Assembly: GCA_030704615.1 (NCBI GenBank)
Contig: CM060731.1
Coordinates: 23,188,001 to 23,252,000, forward strand
Direction of reading: 5' to 3'
Length of the DNA stretch: 64,000 bases
Source of the DNA: Takakia lepidozioides
Lineage: Eukaryota > Plantae > Bryophyta
Shown here in pieces: positions 1 through 11,596 of the stretch. A program made the position numbers and the translations under genes. Each line of letters opens with the position of its first letter. The stretch's first letter is position 1. Under the pieces are notes generated by a model. The model ran no database searches. It saw only the letters and a program-made list of their open reading frames with translations, and was not told the origin of the DNA.

Positions 1-1102
1 AAGCCAACTTGACAAATGTGCAGGGGATTTCGTGGACCTCACTCTACAATCCTCACCCTCCATGTTAAGTGTCAAGGGTCTGAAATCTACCTCGAGAATG
101 TCATCCATTCAGGACGTGGCTGACGTTGCGGCTCCGCAGCACACTGTTGCCTCTCTTCCCTCCTTCTCTCCCCAGCACGAAGGTTGGACAGCCCAAATCA
201 GAAGGAGTCGGGTAAAATTACTTATATCTGAATTCTAACTCGTCATTTTGTTTTCCTTAGTATTCGGTCTGATGTTCTTGTTTTACTCCAGGCCAAAAAA
301 TCTGCGGATTGTGACCTTCCTGTCAAACGACGTCTTCATTGGAAATCTGTTCCGAGGTAATCCCTTCGTTATGTGTAAATTCCATTCAGGATGTGGAGTG
401 CTCAAGGGACAATTTCCATTCCGTTCCCCTTCTCCGCAACCCTTTCGACGAGGACAAGGACGAAACTTCAATTGCAACTTCTCGGCTTCCCGACCCTGCA
501 GTGTTGGCGCAATGTTCTGCACCGAGGAAGCGGAATAGGGCCCCCAAACCATTCCATCTCCTCTACAAATCGGTTCCACCGGAAAGAAGTCCTTCGTCAG
601 AGACAAAGCAGACTCGAGGAAGAAAATGAATACCTCGGACATACCGGGGTCTCGTCAAAACACGTCCGTTGGGATGCCAAGCCCGCCAGTGAGACTTTCC
701 AATAAGGCGACATCGGTACTATTCGATATCATTTCTCCACTTTCTTCTCTTTTCTGTTCATTTGGTTATGCACTAATTAACTCTATCTTTTCTCAACAGG
801 CGGGGATGCAGCACGATACCTTCATCAATTTTCCTCCGTACAAGGTACTTTCTTGAACCTCCACTTGGCAGTCAACGTACCTCTTCTTAGCAATATAAAC
901 CGTCCTCTTGAAACTTTCCAAGCCAACAACATTGTGCAACATTTTGCCATTTTCTGCACAATCATGTTGATTTTCCATACACTCAATCATTCTGGGTCAT
1001 GGGTATTTTCATGGCAGAAACACTAATGTCAGTGTGTGATTAACCTGGTTAGGATAACTTTGTCTCTCATCCTTTACATGAACAGCGGGGAAGAGGAAAC
1101 AT

Positions 1103-1800
1103 ATGTTGTTAATTTTGAGTGTCAACGGACTCCTCTGCTACCGGCCACCCCCAACCGGCAGTGAACTGTTTAAGGAGAAATTTCGTTTCAGGAATGTGAC
1201 ACTTCAAGTTCCTGACAGACCGTTTGTGGTGCCTCGGCCTGGAGTCTTGGAGTTTCTGGACCTTGCATTGAAGCATTTTCACGTGGCCATTTGGTCATGT
1301 GCTGATAGAGGTGTTCTTTGTAGGATATTAGAGAGCTTCGTCCCCACGAAAATAGCGAAGAAGTTTTGCTTCATATGGTCTGCTGAGGATTGTAAGGATA
1401 CCACCGGTTATATCAGGCCCGGGATGAAATATCTCGTGAAGGATATTCGAAGTGTTATTGTCAGGTACCCTGATAGACCGTTTGCTACGTAGGGGCAAAT
1501 ACTTCTTGTAGATGATGAGCCATCAAAAGGCTTGCGAAACCCACAAAATTCTGGATTCTTCCCTTTCTCATTCAAGCCTTGACCAAACGGATTGCATGAC
1601 TGGGATGATATGACAGAAGCAGTGTGGCCATATATATCGGAGATGGTTGGAGCTTCAACAGTCATTGATTACATTAGCGAGAACCGGGCAAAGTGTTCTC
1701 ATAAGCCTATTGTTCGAGACCATGCCTGTTGGGCCTGGTATGGAAGATATCTTGATCTTCGTGTTTGGATCCCACAACAAAAGGAACCTGATTACCTTGG
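1103..1800 (+). pseudogene. FCP1/NIF-like HAD-superfamily phosphatase, degenerate
   Basis: Motifs LLILSVNGLL (catalytic D replaced by S), RPGVLEFL..FHVAIWS, KDI and, past in-frame stops at 1490 (TAG) and 1580 (TGA), ILLVDDEPSKGLRNPQN, all in the same frame. Confidence 0.75.
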
Positions 1801-2799
1801 TAGGCACGTGGATCCCACTGTTCTGTTGTTTTGTTCAAAATTTGATTTTCCAATTCTTTTGCATTTGCATTTGCATTTGCACTCTTACCTCAACAAATCC
1901 ATATGCAAAACTTCCACTTTGGGCCTAACTTTTGTCATTTCAATCGCTTGTCCCCAGTTACATTCAAAGAACGAATTCTAAAAGAGGAACAAGAGCTGCG
2001 TGATTGGGAAGAATGGCGGGCGTGTCGGGAGGCTTCAAGGGCATCAAGTAGAGTTGGCAGTAACATTTCAGATGATAATGTCAGCCGGTTTCACCTTCCT
2101 GAAAGTATCTCCGTGTCCTCTGGTGCGGAGACCGTTGCAAGTGGCTGTGGTAACCGGAGGCGTCTTCGGACACATGCCTTGCCTGCGAGCCGTTTGGGAG
2201 GAGGCTTAGTATTATTAATGAGTTAGTATAAGCCGTAACGGTTCTATGGCTTCAGTATCTATGGCTTGTATGGCATTAAGTCCATGAACGGATGGACAGT
2301 TGATGTTCATTTTTCTGTTGGTCCATCGCCTTGAATGATATAATCTCAAATAAAATATGAATGTTTCATATCATCAATCAGGTCCCGACAGACTCGTTTT
2401 TCCATGTTGTCCTCTTCATCACATGCCATCATTGTTTCATATTTTGTTCTGCCATTGTGGTCTAAATCAGAGAGGGAAGATACTTATGTCTCGTCGAGAC
2501 ATGGACAAAGACCTGACAATGTTTGTTTGTGTATGTCATTTTGGATATGGGAGCTCTCATCATTGTTTGATTCATTGCATCCTCCCATTCCTTTTAATAA
2601 ACGTCAATTTGGCAGTGGATGTTCATCTAAGACCACAATACATACTTGTATTTTTGCATAGAATGTGTGGAGGATTATATAATTCGTTGTTATATAGTGC
2701 ACAAATAGTCAAATAATTATAGATATATCTCTTTATTTCTATTATAGATTATAATTATTCATATATCTTGTATTATTTCTGGACCAAACAAAAGTCCAG

Positions 2800-3130
2800 A
2801 ATTAGTTAAATAGAAGCAGATGACCAAGAGAGTCAGCTGCGATAAGAAAGAGGAAGGGAGCCAAAGGTCATCCCTGCCTCACCGACCTATGAAGAGAGAA
2901 GGATTGGGATAGAGCACCATTCACAATGACTTTGTTAGAGGCTGAGAAAAGCAAAATTTTAATCCAGTGCAGGAAGGAACCCGAGATACCTGTTTTTTCC
3001 AAGGCACCCAACAGAAAAGGCCAGTCGACGTTATCAAATGCTTTCTCGAAGTCTAGCATTAGCAGAGCAAGTGGCTGGTCCTCGGCTTGAGCATGGTAGA
3101 GGGCTTCATTTGCGAGGAGGATATTGTCTA
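2800..3130 (-). mobile_element. L1-clade LINE reverse transcriptase fragment
   Basis: LDFEKAFDNVDW...IVNG...RSVRQG*PLAPFLFLIAADSL. Ends abruptly at the CACTA sequence at 3131. Confidence 0.9.
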
Positions 3131-3430
3131 CACTACTACGTTTAGGGGGGGTAAGCGACGCCGGGACCCCGAGCGTGCCAGACGCGACGACCCTCCTGCG
3201 ACTGCTACGTCGCGTAGGCGCCCGACCCGGAAATAGCGACGTCTACGTATCGCCACAACGCCGCTCCGGTGACGCTTCGCCAGCTTGCGATTCAGGTACG
3301 TCGCTGCAGTTGGGGCATGACCCGCCAGCAAGCTGGGGTTGCGACGCCCGGGCGTCGCACGTGCCCTCTGCGGCGCTCCCGCAAGGCTGCGACGCCCAGG
3401 AATCACAACAACACCCCCTTACACTTAGGC
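3131..3430 (+). mobile_element. Putative CACTA/EnSpm transposon terminus with subterminal repeats
   Basis: Starts CACTACTACG exactly where the L1 RT is cut, followed by a GC-rich tract with many GCGACGCC-like motifs in both orientations. No partner terminus found in the window. Confidence 0.55.
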
Positions 3431-3502
3431 GTTGTTTTCATTTGAAACTGACAGTATCCATTTAGTGGTCTTTTTTCGCACAGGACGTTGCCGCACATAA
3501 AG

Positions 3503-4055
3503 TATAATTCCGGCGCCGAAATTATAGTTAAATGTCCAGACATAGCAAGTCCAACAGGCATGGACAACATCCGTGAGGGGCAATGATGGCGGCAAAGCGT
3601 AGCATGGTGCCGATTTAGTCTTCGCGCTGGATGAATTTCGGCACCGAAATATGGATGATTTCACCTCGTCTACTCGCGGATGGAGATATTCGTAATGAAT
3701 TTCGGCGCCGAAATATGGATGGAATATGCCCAGGTGCAGCCGTCTCGACTGTCCCGGAATTAATTCCGGCTCCGATATCCGACTGACAGGTTTGCTCATG
3801 ATGGATGAGGACTGGGGAAGCGATGAATTGCGGCGCCAAAATTCATAAGTTTGTGCATGGAAGCACTTGAATAGGATGAATTTCGGCGCCGAAATTCATC
3901 CGTCCGCTAATGAAACGTTACAACCTCACTGTTGAATGTCATAGGCAGGGGATTTTCATGGCGGTTGGGTTTCGTGATGTGCGGATATTTCATTCAATGT
4001 CGGCTGCTCCGGGAACAGCATCCGGTGAACGGAACGGTATTTCGGTGCCGCAATT
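3503..4055. repeat. Cluster of ATTTCGGCGCCGAAAT-type palindromes (left array)
   Basis: Copies at ~3503-3526, 3631-3652, 3695-3715, 3823-3846, 3874-3901 (perfect 28-bp GGATGAATTTCGGCGCCGAAATTCATCC) and 4038-4055. Confidence 0.9.
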
Positions 4056-4563
4056 AGGATAAAGCGTCTTGTACTGGTGGCTTCAACAGGCACGCGTCGT
4101 GTTCCAGTCGACTTCATCCGTGCGAACGTGTCAGGGGTCGCAATCTCTTCATCACCCATACGGCAGAAAGTGGTGGACGGTGGCAACGCTTCCGGAGACG
4201 TGGCTGCTTACGCATCTGCTCGTGCATAGTGGTTGCATGTTCCACCACTTCGCTCTCTCGCTCCTTGCCCTTCTGCAGTGACATTCTCCTGCGTTTCCTC
4301 TCCTTATGCAGCATAGTGATAGCATAGAGTTTGTGGAAGGTCAGGCGACTCCGGCAAAGATGAGGACGCGGGATTTTGGGAAGCCGCCGACGACACGACT
4401 TAAGCTCCGTCTCATGTAGGAAATGCAGACATCGTTATCCGGAGACTCGGATCGCCCACCAGTGAGATATTCGTGCTTCGCGGATGTGAAGCACTCCATA
4501 CGCACTATTCCTTTTACACCTTTTTTTGGCCTCCAGTGTCTCATGTTTTCCTGTTTGTTTGAC

Positions 4564-5950
4564 ATGGGAGCTGGGGAGGGATCGAAGGGGGGCGAGGCAA
4601 CACAGTCAACTTTGGATACTCCTGCCCGGGTGCTGCGCTTGCAAGGTGAAAGTACATCGAGGCAGGCGAGTCCTCATTTAACACCTCAGATATCGCCTCA
4701 GAAAAGCCCACCTAGAGTTCGGAATCCGAGGAAGCAGAAGGAGCCCATGGCTTCGCCAGTAAAACCACTAGGGAGACTGGAAGCGGAGATATTGGGTTTG
4801 CAGGCAGTTTCAGAAAACACGGATGCGGTGGAGGCCGCTGGAGATGTCGGACTCGGATCTGCAGAAGGGCGGCCTATTGAGCTGACAGAAGCAGAGGACG
4901 ACAACGTGGTGCGACTTGACGACGATCAGAACCTGTTGGAGCTTGCAAAGGAGCAAAACCTCCAGGACAGTAGACAAGCTGGTGAGAGGGGTGAGGGAAG
5001 TGAGAGAGGTGCTGGAAGTAAGAAACTGGTAGCAGGTATGCTCATGAGCGCACGAGACATGAACATAGCAGCAAACAGGTTGTTGGCAGAGACTCATAGC
5101 AACATAGGCCGCGTTTTGGGCTCCATGGTGTATCCGGAGAACCTCAAAGTTCCTTTGTGTCGCATGGTTAGCCTTCCAGTTGTAAGGCAAGCACTGCCAG
5201 GGGACATCGATCGACTGAAGCACAACTTCAGAGAGGGGTATAGACGGGGGTCGGCAGCATTCTACGTTTCCATTGAGAATGACCAGGGTGTCACAAGGGG
5301 CCCCACTGCAGAGGAGCTTCAGAATTGGAGCCCCCACTGGCACACTGTAAATGCCAAGTTTGAAGCCTCTCTGAAGACTAATCCCACATTCGCACACATG
5401 GAAGGGAAGATGTTCTTCGTTTGGGACGGGAACCACAGGATGTTTGCCTGGACATAGTACATTGCTGAAATGCATCCGCAAGATATCAGTTGGCATTACA
5501 TGGTGGACTGCATTGTCGTCAAGGTGGACGTCAGGAATAGAGGACTGCTGAAGGGTGCCATGGCGGATATAAATTTGTAAGTATACAACATTGACCTCTC
5601 GGAGGTTAACTTGAAGAAAGAAGCGAATGCCAGGGCTATGAAGGCGCAATCGGATCCCCAACCAGAGGACGCGGAAAGACTGAATGCAGAGGAGGCAGCC
5701 AAGCAGAAAGCACTGAGAAAGTCAGCCAAGGCGGCAGCGTTGGCGAAGGAGCAGATGGAGAAGCAGGCAGCTGAGCAGCCCAAGGACAGGAAGAAAAGAA
5801 CGCGCAAACAGGGGCAAGAGACGAAGACCCCCACACCCAAGAAGAAGAAGCAGCAACATAGTCAGCCAGATGACGAGGATTTCGACGATGATTTCCAGCA
5901 GGATAACACCCAGGGGGCCACACCTCGTCCAAAAATTCACAAGGGCCAGC
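4564..5950 (+). pseudogene. ParB/Sulfiredoxin-like (DGNHR) domain protein with low-complexity N-terminus and charged C-terminus
   Basis: ORF 4423-5457 (likely ATG 4564) contains VRQAL..DIDRLK..F..GY....AFYVS...FFVWDGNHRMFAW. The same frame continues past TAG 5455 (YIAEMHP..WHYMVDCIVV..AMADIN) and into the K/E/A-rich ORF 5611-6024. Confidence 0.6.
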
Positions 5951-7127
5951 GCTCCGGGTTGTGTATGTTTGCTTGTGCGAGGAAGCGACTCATTCTTGAG
6001 TTTGGCTGTGCTTGTGTCGTATGAATTCGCAGGTGCCTGTATGTGGGCGGGAAGGATGTCCAACCGATTTTGTTTCTCATTTGAGGGGGATACGGCCTTG
6101 TACGATTTCAATTTGGCGGGCCTACAGCGTCTGCCTCCGACTGAGGATCCCAAAAACGCAGAAGAGGACGTGGAAGGGGAAGGAGGAGGAAGAGGAAGAG
6201 GAGGAAGTCCAGGAAATTCGTACGATGCAGGGGCGCCCAAAGTCGTTTCCTCCAATGTCTGTCTTCGAATGAGTTGCACCATAGTAAGTGTATTGGTTTC
6301 GGTTGTAGGGACCATGCAACCTGCCGATGATTCCTGTTTTTAATGCTCTAATGTGCTTCATTCTATGTTGTGCGTACACTCAGCCTTGCAGAGTCGTCCG
6401 ACGAGGAAATGCTGGGAGACTTGCCCGAATCGGACCCTGTTGTAGGATGAGACAGAATTGCATCGGCCATTCTTTGCCAGAAAATCGTTTCTCGCGAGTC
6501 CCCAGAAGCCCTTTTTTCTTCCAGCCTATGCAGACACGGCTGCCAGAGAAGCCATCAGGAGGGAGGATAGGCCTACTCGGTTGAGCAATTGATATTCGGG
6601 TATGAGCACAGAATTATAATGAGGCGTGAGGCCAAACATAGAATTGTGAAAGGCAGAGTAGGCAAGTTCGTCATAGAATCTGCGTCCGACAGCGAGGGGG
6701 ATGATGAGGACAGTTCCGCACCCAGGTGGACAGTTCCGGCTGGTGAGGATGGTATTTTGAGGGGAGGGCTTCTCAGAGTAACAGCGGTAGCGGCAGTGTA
6801 GGTTCGGAGGCAGGTGGAAGGCAACCATCCTTGCATGAGGCCGGGGATGCATCAGACAGTGATCGCGGATCCTCACCATAGCAAAGTCTCATTTGGATCC
6901 TTTTGTTGTATAGTTCTGAAACACTTAATGAAAATATTGACGATTTCAAAAATCATTGTGTTCAGACTGCATGTCCGATTCCCTACATTTCTTTCAGCAA
7001 CCTAAATGTATAATAAAAGCAGAAGAGACGCAAACTTAAGTAAAGAACCCTACAAGTAAATTATGCACACCAGCGAGCCGGGAACTTGAAGCCATGAAAA
7101 CCCTGCCGTTTCTAACATTCCTATTGG

Positions 7128-7410
7128 GAATTTCTGCGCCGAAATAGCCCAATGTGCGCCGTCATAATATGGGCCTTATAAAATTCCACGAAGGAATTAT
7201 TGCACCAAAATATCACGATGGAAGCCTTCAGCACAAGGCACTTCAGCACATTCCACTAGGGTATTTCGGCGCCGAAATAGCCCGCTCTGCGCCATAAAAT
7301 ACCGCAGTATATCATATTTTAAGAGGAGATTTCGGCGCCGAAATACCCCGGTGGATGTCTTCAAAACACCACTTTAGCACACTGCTCTTGGGAATTTCGC
7401 GCCGAAATAC
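7128..7410. repeat. Cluster of ATTTCGGCGCCGAAAT-type palindromes (right array)
   Basis: Copies at ~7128-7146, 7262-7279 (TATTTCGGCGCCGAAATA), 7329-7346 and 7392-7410. A further copy lies at ~8633-8651. Confidence 0.9.
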
Positions 7411-7685
7411 CAAGGTCGGTGGTTTTAGGACGGCGGTGGTTTTAGCACAATTTCTTCCCGTAATGTCGTGGCACCTTCTCTGTCGAGCCCCTTCTAGCCC
7501 CACTCATTTTTTGATCGCCTGTGTGGGTAGCCGTTGCTGGCCAATGGGGCACGTATTGCCGTTGCCCCAGAGAAGATCACCTGAGAAAGATTTTCCGCAT
7601 TGGGTTTTCAATTTTGCATCTCCGTGTTTAAAAACAACAGTGATTACTTGTCCCTCTCCATTCCTGGTGGGCGCACACTTCCTCA

Positions 7686-8321
7686 ATGCCGCCCTGTGTA
7701 AGTGCCTTCTGCATTCGACGGAGTGGGATTGGAGGATCGCGATTGCGTGAGCCGGTGATGGGAGACATTATGGTGGAGTTGGACTTCAATGAAGGTACAC
7801 GCAAGGTGACGAGTTTCCGAGCACTTCTGTGGGATTCTCTTTGGGTGAGGCCTGCCAGTGGACAACAATGGATACTTGTTGTGCGAGATAGACCTGGAAG
7901 ACGGAGTGTTCGTCTCTTCATCATGAGATGTTGCTACGGCGAGTTCTGGAGGTCTTACTACCATAACTATACTGCACCTCCACAGTATTTGCTCCCGGAT
8001 ATGGCTCTTGAGTTGCTCACTCACTCTTCTGGGCCAGGGAATATATTGTTGACACTAAGAGAGAATCGGAACAGGTTTGTCCTACATGTTTGCGAATTTC
8101 ACGACGCTGTGGAGGAGGTCCCAATAGGATGCCTCCAATATCTGCATGTTTTCACGAACGTGACCTCTATAGATATCTTGTATCTTTATGTTCGCCATCT
8201 TAATCCAGAAAACGACAATGCGCAGTGGACGAGTACCCGCACTACTCCTAATTCTGGACCTGTGGTTCACGACTCGGTGGTTCGTTTTTGTGAATGTCAA
8301 CGCAGCAGCATAGCGCGGTAA
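7686..8321 (+). CDS. Hypothetical protein (211 aa ORF, likely ATG 7758) between palindromes
   Basis: Uninterrupted ORF with globular-looking composition. No family recognised. Confidence 0.35.
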   Translation: MPPCVSAFCIRRSGIGGSRLREPVMGDIMVELDFNEGTRKVTSFRALLWDSLWVRPASGQQWILVVRDRPGRRSVRLFIMRCCYGEFWRSYYHNYTAPPQYLLPDMALELLTHSSGPGNILLTLRENRNRFVLHVCEFHDAVEEVPIGCLQYLHVFTNVTSIDILYLYVRHLNPENDNAQWTSTRTTPNSGPVVHDSVVRFCECQRSSIAR

Positions 8322-8753
8322 GGATCATTGTGGAGGGTGATTGGAGGGCACAGGCTCCGGGATATGGTAGTTCCACAGGTTTCTTATGCCGCAGTGGTAT
8401 TTCTGATGATGGAAGCTCGAAGTAGTCGCTGTACAAAATAAAAACTTGTGGTTGTCTGATGTTTTTACTTCGAGCGTCATATCAAAGGGGCTTGATGTTG
8501 AGTTGAATGGGGTTTGCAAGTTCAACTGTCGTCTGACCCTGAATGTATTACCTTGTCAGCACAATGGCTTGTGAGGGCTACAATTTTGTGTCTCTTTCCT
8601 ATCCTGCACAATGTTTTACAGTGGTGACGTGGAATAACGGCGCCGAAATACCTCATTCCGCATCTTGGACCAGGAGAAACAGACCCTATTACCAAGGTAA
8701 GAGGACATAACACCGTCAATAAAGGCACAAAAATTCCAATTCCGCGGATGCCC

Positions 8754-8817
8754 GCTCATGAGCTCATGAGCTCATAGGCTCATAGGCTCATGGGCTCATG
8801 GGCTCATGGGCTCATGA
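8754..8817 (+). repeat. 8 x 8-bp tandem repeat GCTCAT(G/A)(A/G)
   Basis: gctcatga gctcatga gctcatag gctcatag gctcatgg gctcatgg gctcatgg gctcatga, directly upstream of the putative LINE ORF1. Confidence 0.95.
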
Positions 8818-8861
8818 AATAGTAAACCTCGGCAAAGATATCAGACCAAGAAGCCATAGCA

Positions 8862-9761
8862 ATGCGCGATGCCCTCACCATCGTCGTAAAAAAAGTAAGC
8901 TTGATCCACACGCAGGCTGACATCCTGGGAGAACTTTACAGTCTGATTGGCCAAAGCAACATCACTCATTTCTATTTCTGTAAGATGCTCCCTCCCGAAA
9001 CTGTGAAGCACATTGGAATGCTGCATGTAACGTGCAAAAATCCTACAATCTACGCCAAGTGGTGCGGAGTGCCCAATATCACCATGCATGGCAGGTATCT
9101 CACCTTCTCACCCCACCGTCAGAGTCTCCAAGGCATCACGCCACCCTCACAGGTGTTGTTGGATAAAATGCTGGTGGACAACGCCAACCATGCCCTGCTA
9201 GACACGGTGGAAACCATTGCAATCCAGCCCTCCCAAAAGCGCTCTACCAGACCTGTAGATTGGATGGCGGAAATTGACAAGCGACTGGCTGCACACTCAA
9301 TTTCTATCAAGACCGATCTACGCAACAATATCGCCGGCATGGAGACCCGTCTGGCAGAGTCCATTACACAACAACAGATTGAGTACCATACCTACATGGT
9401 CTCCCTTCACTAGTCCATTACTGAAAATCTTGGGCATAATCTAGCTAATTTTTATCATCATGCAGATCTGGTACTTGCAAAATTACCTTAGCTTCCAGGA
9501 CCCAGCTCTTCAAGCGACCTGTGCCGCACACCAATGATGGGAGCCGTGGCAGTACACCTAGGCAACCGACCACCAGTCCAACCTTTTCTCCATGCGGCTC
9601 CGGAGCTCAATGCAGCGTTGCTTCGCCCGGCCCCACAAGTGCGTGCCACTACTGCTGCTGAAGCTCAAGAACAGTTTGATGAATCACTCCCCGGATGCAT
9701 CAACAGCGGCCAGCCCACCTCTCTATCTCTCACTGAGTTCCCACCAAATGCTTATGTCTAG
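8862..9761 (+). pseudogene. Putative LINE ORF1 remnant (RRM-like region followed by coiled coil)
   Basis: Same-frame ORFs 8862-9413 and 9534-9761 separated by stops. Heptad-like MAEIDKRLAAHSISIKTDLRNNIAGMETRLAESI. Lies upstream of APE-RT. Confidence 0.45.
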
Positions 9762-11560
9762 ATTCCAACACTCTAGATCCTCTTGCTCCCTTCCTAATAG
9801 TTGCCTCCCGGCTTTCTGCCTTATGTTTATTTTCAATCCATTGTGTTACAAACTGTTGGGTATGTGTGTGGCAGTGAAGCAAGACGTCATTGGAACTCAC
9901 TTGAGGATTAGTTTGTTTCTATCCCGAGTATGCTCATCGTGATCTCTTCTGCACTATCTGTTACTCTTGTGTACCCCACGGGGCCCTCTCCGCTTCCTGC
10001 TTCAACCAAGATTCTGCTTTTTGCGTTATGACTGCACTGCCTCTCTACTCACTTCTCCACGTGCTTCTTTCTCACTTGGTCCAACCCGACTCTACACCTC
10101 TCAACCTCACCACCCTGTTTCACCCAAGGTCATCAACAACCAATCCCCAACACCCACTCAGGCTGTCCTACTCATAGCCCCAAAAACCCGCAGATCCCTC
10201 GATGTCAGCCTGCACGGGCCCAATATCTGCACTCTTGGCATGATGCCACGTGGCGGCGCACGGAGCCCTGCTCCAACCACCTATCCATTGCCCGGCACTC
10301 TCCATACCCCCTAGAACTTTTCAATTGAATCATTTCAACACCGAGCAAGTACTCAATTTATTTCCTAAAAAATCTATCATTTCCAGAAATTCTATCCCCA
10401 ACGGCTTCCAGCCGATCTATATCCCCACCAACACATGACCCAAACCCCTGCCCAACCCGACTCCGGGCCCCATGCCTCTTTTCCATACCTGCAAATATAC
10501 CAGGTCAAATAAAAGTCGTACATCCCACCCAGCTTATAATATACGTCCACTATATAATCTTAATCTCATTCCAACACTCAATAGTCTATACCCCATCATC
10601 AATCTCCATCCTAACCTATACCCTTAGCCACGCCCTGAATAATTCCCCCACTTATATCAGTGTGCATCCATTCCTATCTGCCCCCCAGACTGCATACCTC
10701 CACACTCCCACACTTTCCCCCAGTCCCTAGCCTCATTTTACCTTCTACTTAATACCTGCCTTTTGCTCTGTCACAGCCCCTCAACCCTCAAGTACTGCAA
10801 ACCCACCTTAATAATCTTCCCCATAGCATCCACCCCTACCCACCCCGACAGCCTATTTATATATCAACACCTTCATACCATACTTTTTCTCAAACATCTA
10901 CTATAAAGCCCCCCTGATAACTGCACCAGATTGCAATAAACCCTTCCCACCAACCCACGAGACTTATCCCACCCCCACTATTCCTACCACACCCACGGTG
11001 GGAAGGTCACAAAAGACCTTATCATTGGAACCACCCCAAAAATAAACTCACCACACCTCTATACCATGGACACCTGTGCTACCCTATGCCCATATTATAC
11101 CGACACCTCTGTCCTCCTCCCTCTCCGCTCAATCAACCCCGCCAACCGCTCCAAATTTTCCCAATAATCTCCCCACCAAATTACTATGTCATACTCAGCA
11201 GACTTATATACATCCTCATCCCACACTGTCATATACAACTCTCATCACTGACAAGATACTTAGGCCCAACCTATTTCCCCTACCCACTATACATCTCCAT
11301 CCCCCTTGCGCCCGGGCACCCCCAGCCCCCACCCCTAGCTTTCTAAAACACCATAGCCCCTTAACTTCACACGACATCAATCCATTCCTACCCTCATAAA
11401 TTAACCCTCTGAACTACCCAGAAAAAAAAACCCTCGTCATTACTCACAACCCAAACGGGCGCTGTCTCTACCACCCCTAAAATCCAAACTAGCCTCCATC
11501 ATCCCCCTTCACATGAAACCTTATACCTCACCTATGTATTACACAACACTACACACTGCT

Positions 11561-11596
11561 TTCCGATGTGGGGACATCCACCCTAACCCCGGGCCA
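11561..11596 (+). other. 2A-like (StopGo) motif RCGDIHPNPGP
   Basis: TGT GGG GAC ATC CAC CCT AAC CCC GGG CCA upstream of the APE domain. Matches D(V/I)xxNPG-P with H in place of the consensus E. Confidence 0.7.

Noticed and set aside
3503-4055. Palindromic repeats with unique spacers as a CRISPR array
   Set aside because: Spacing is irregular, the repeats are dispersed and degenerate, no cas genes are present, and the context is eukaryotic.
5455-5457. In-frame stops as programmed readthrough or RNA editing
   Set aside because: More simply explained by C-to-T decay of methylated TE DNA. U-to-C editing is organellar.
4810-5661. 283-aa minus-strand ORF
   Set aside because: Antisense shadow of the ParB-like gene with no motifs of its own.
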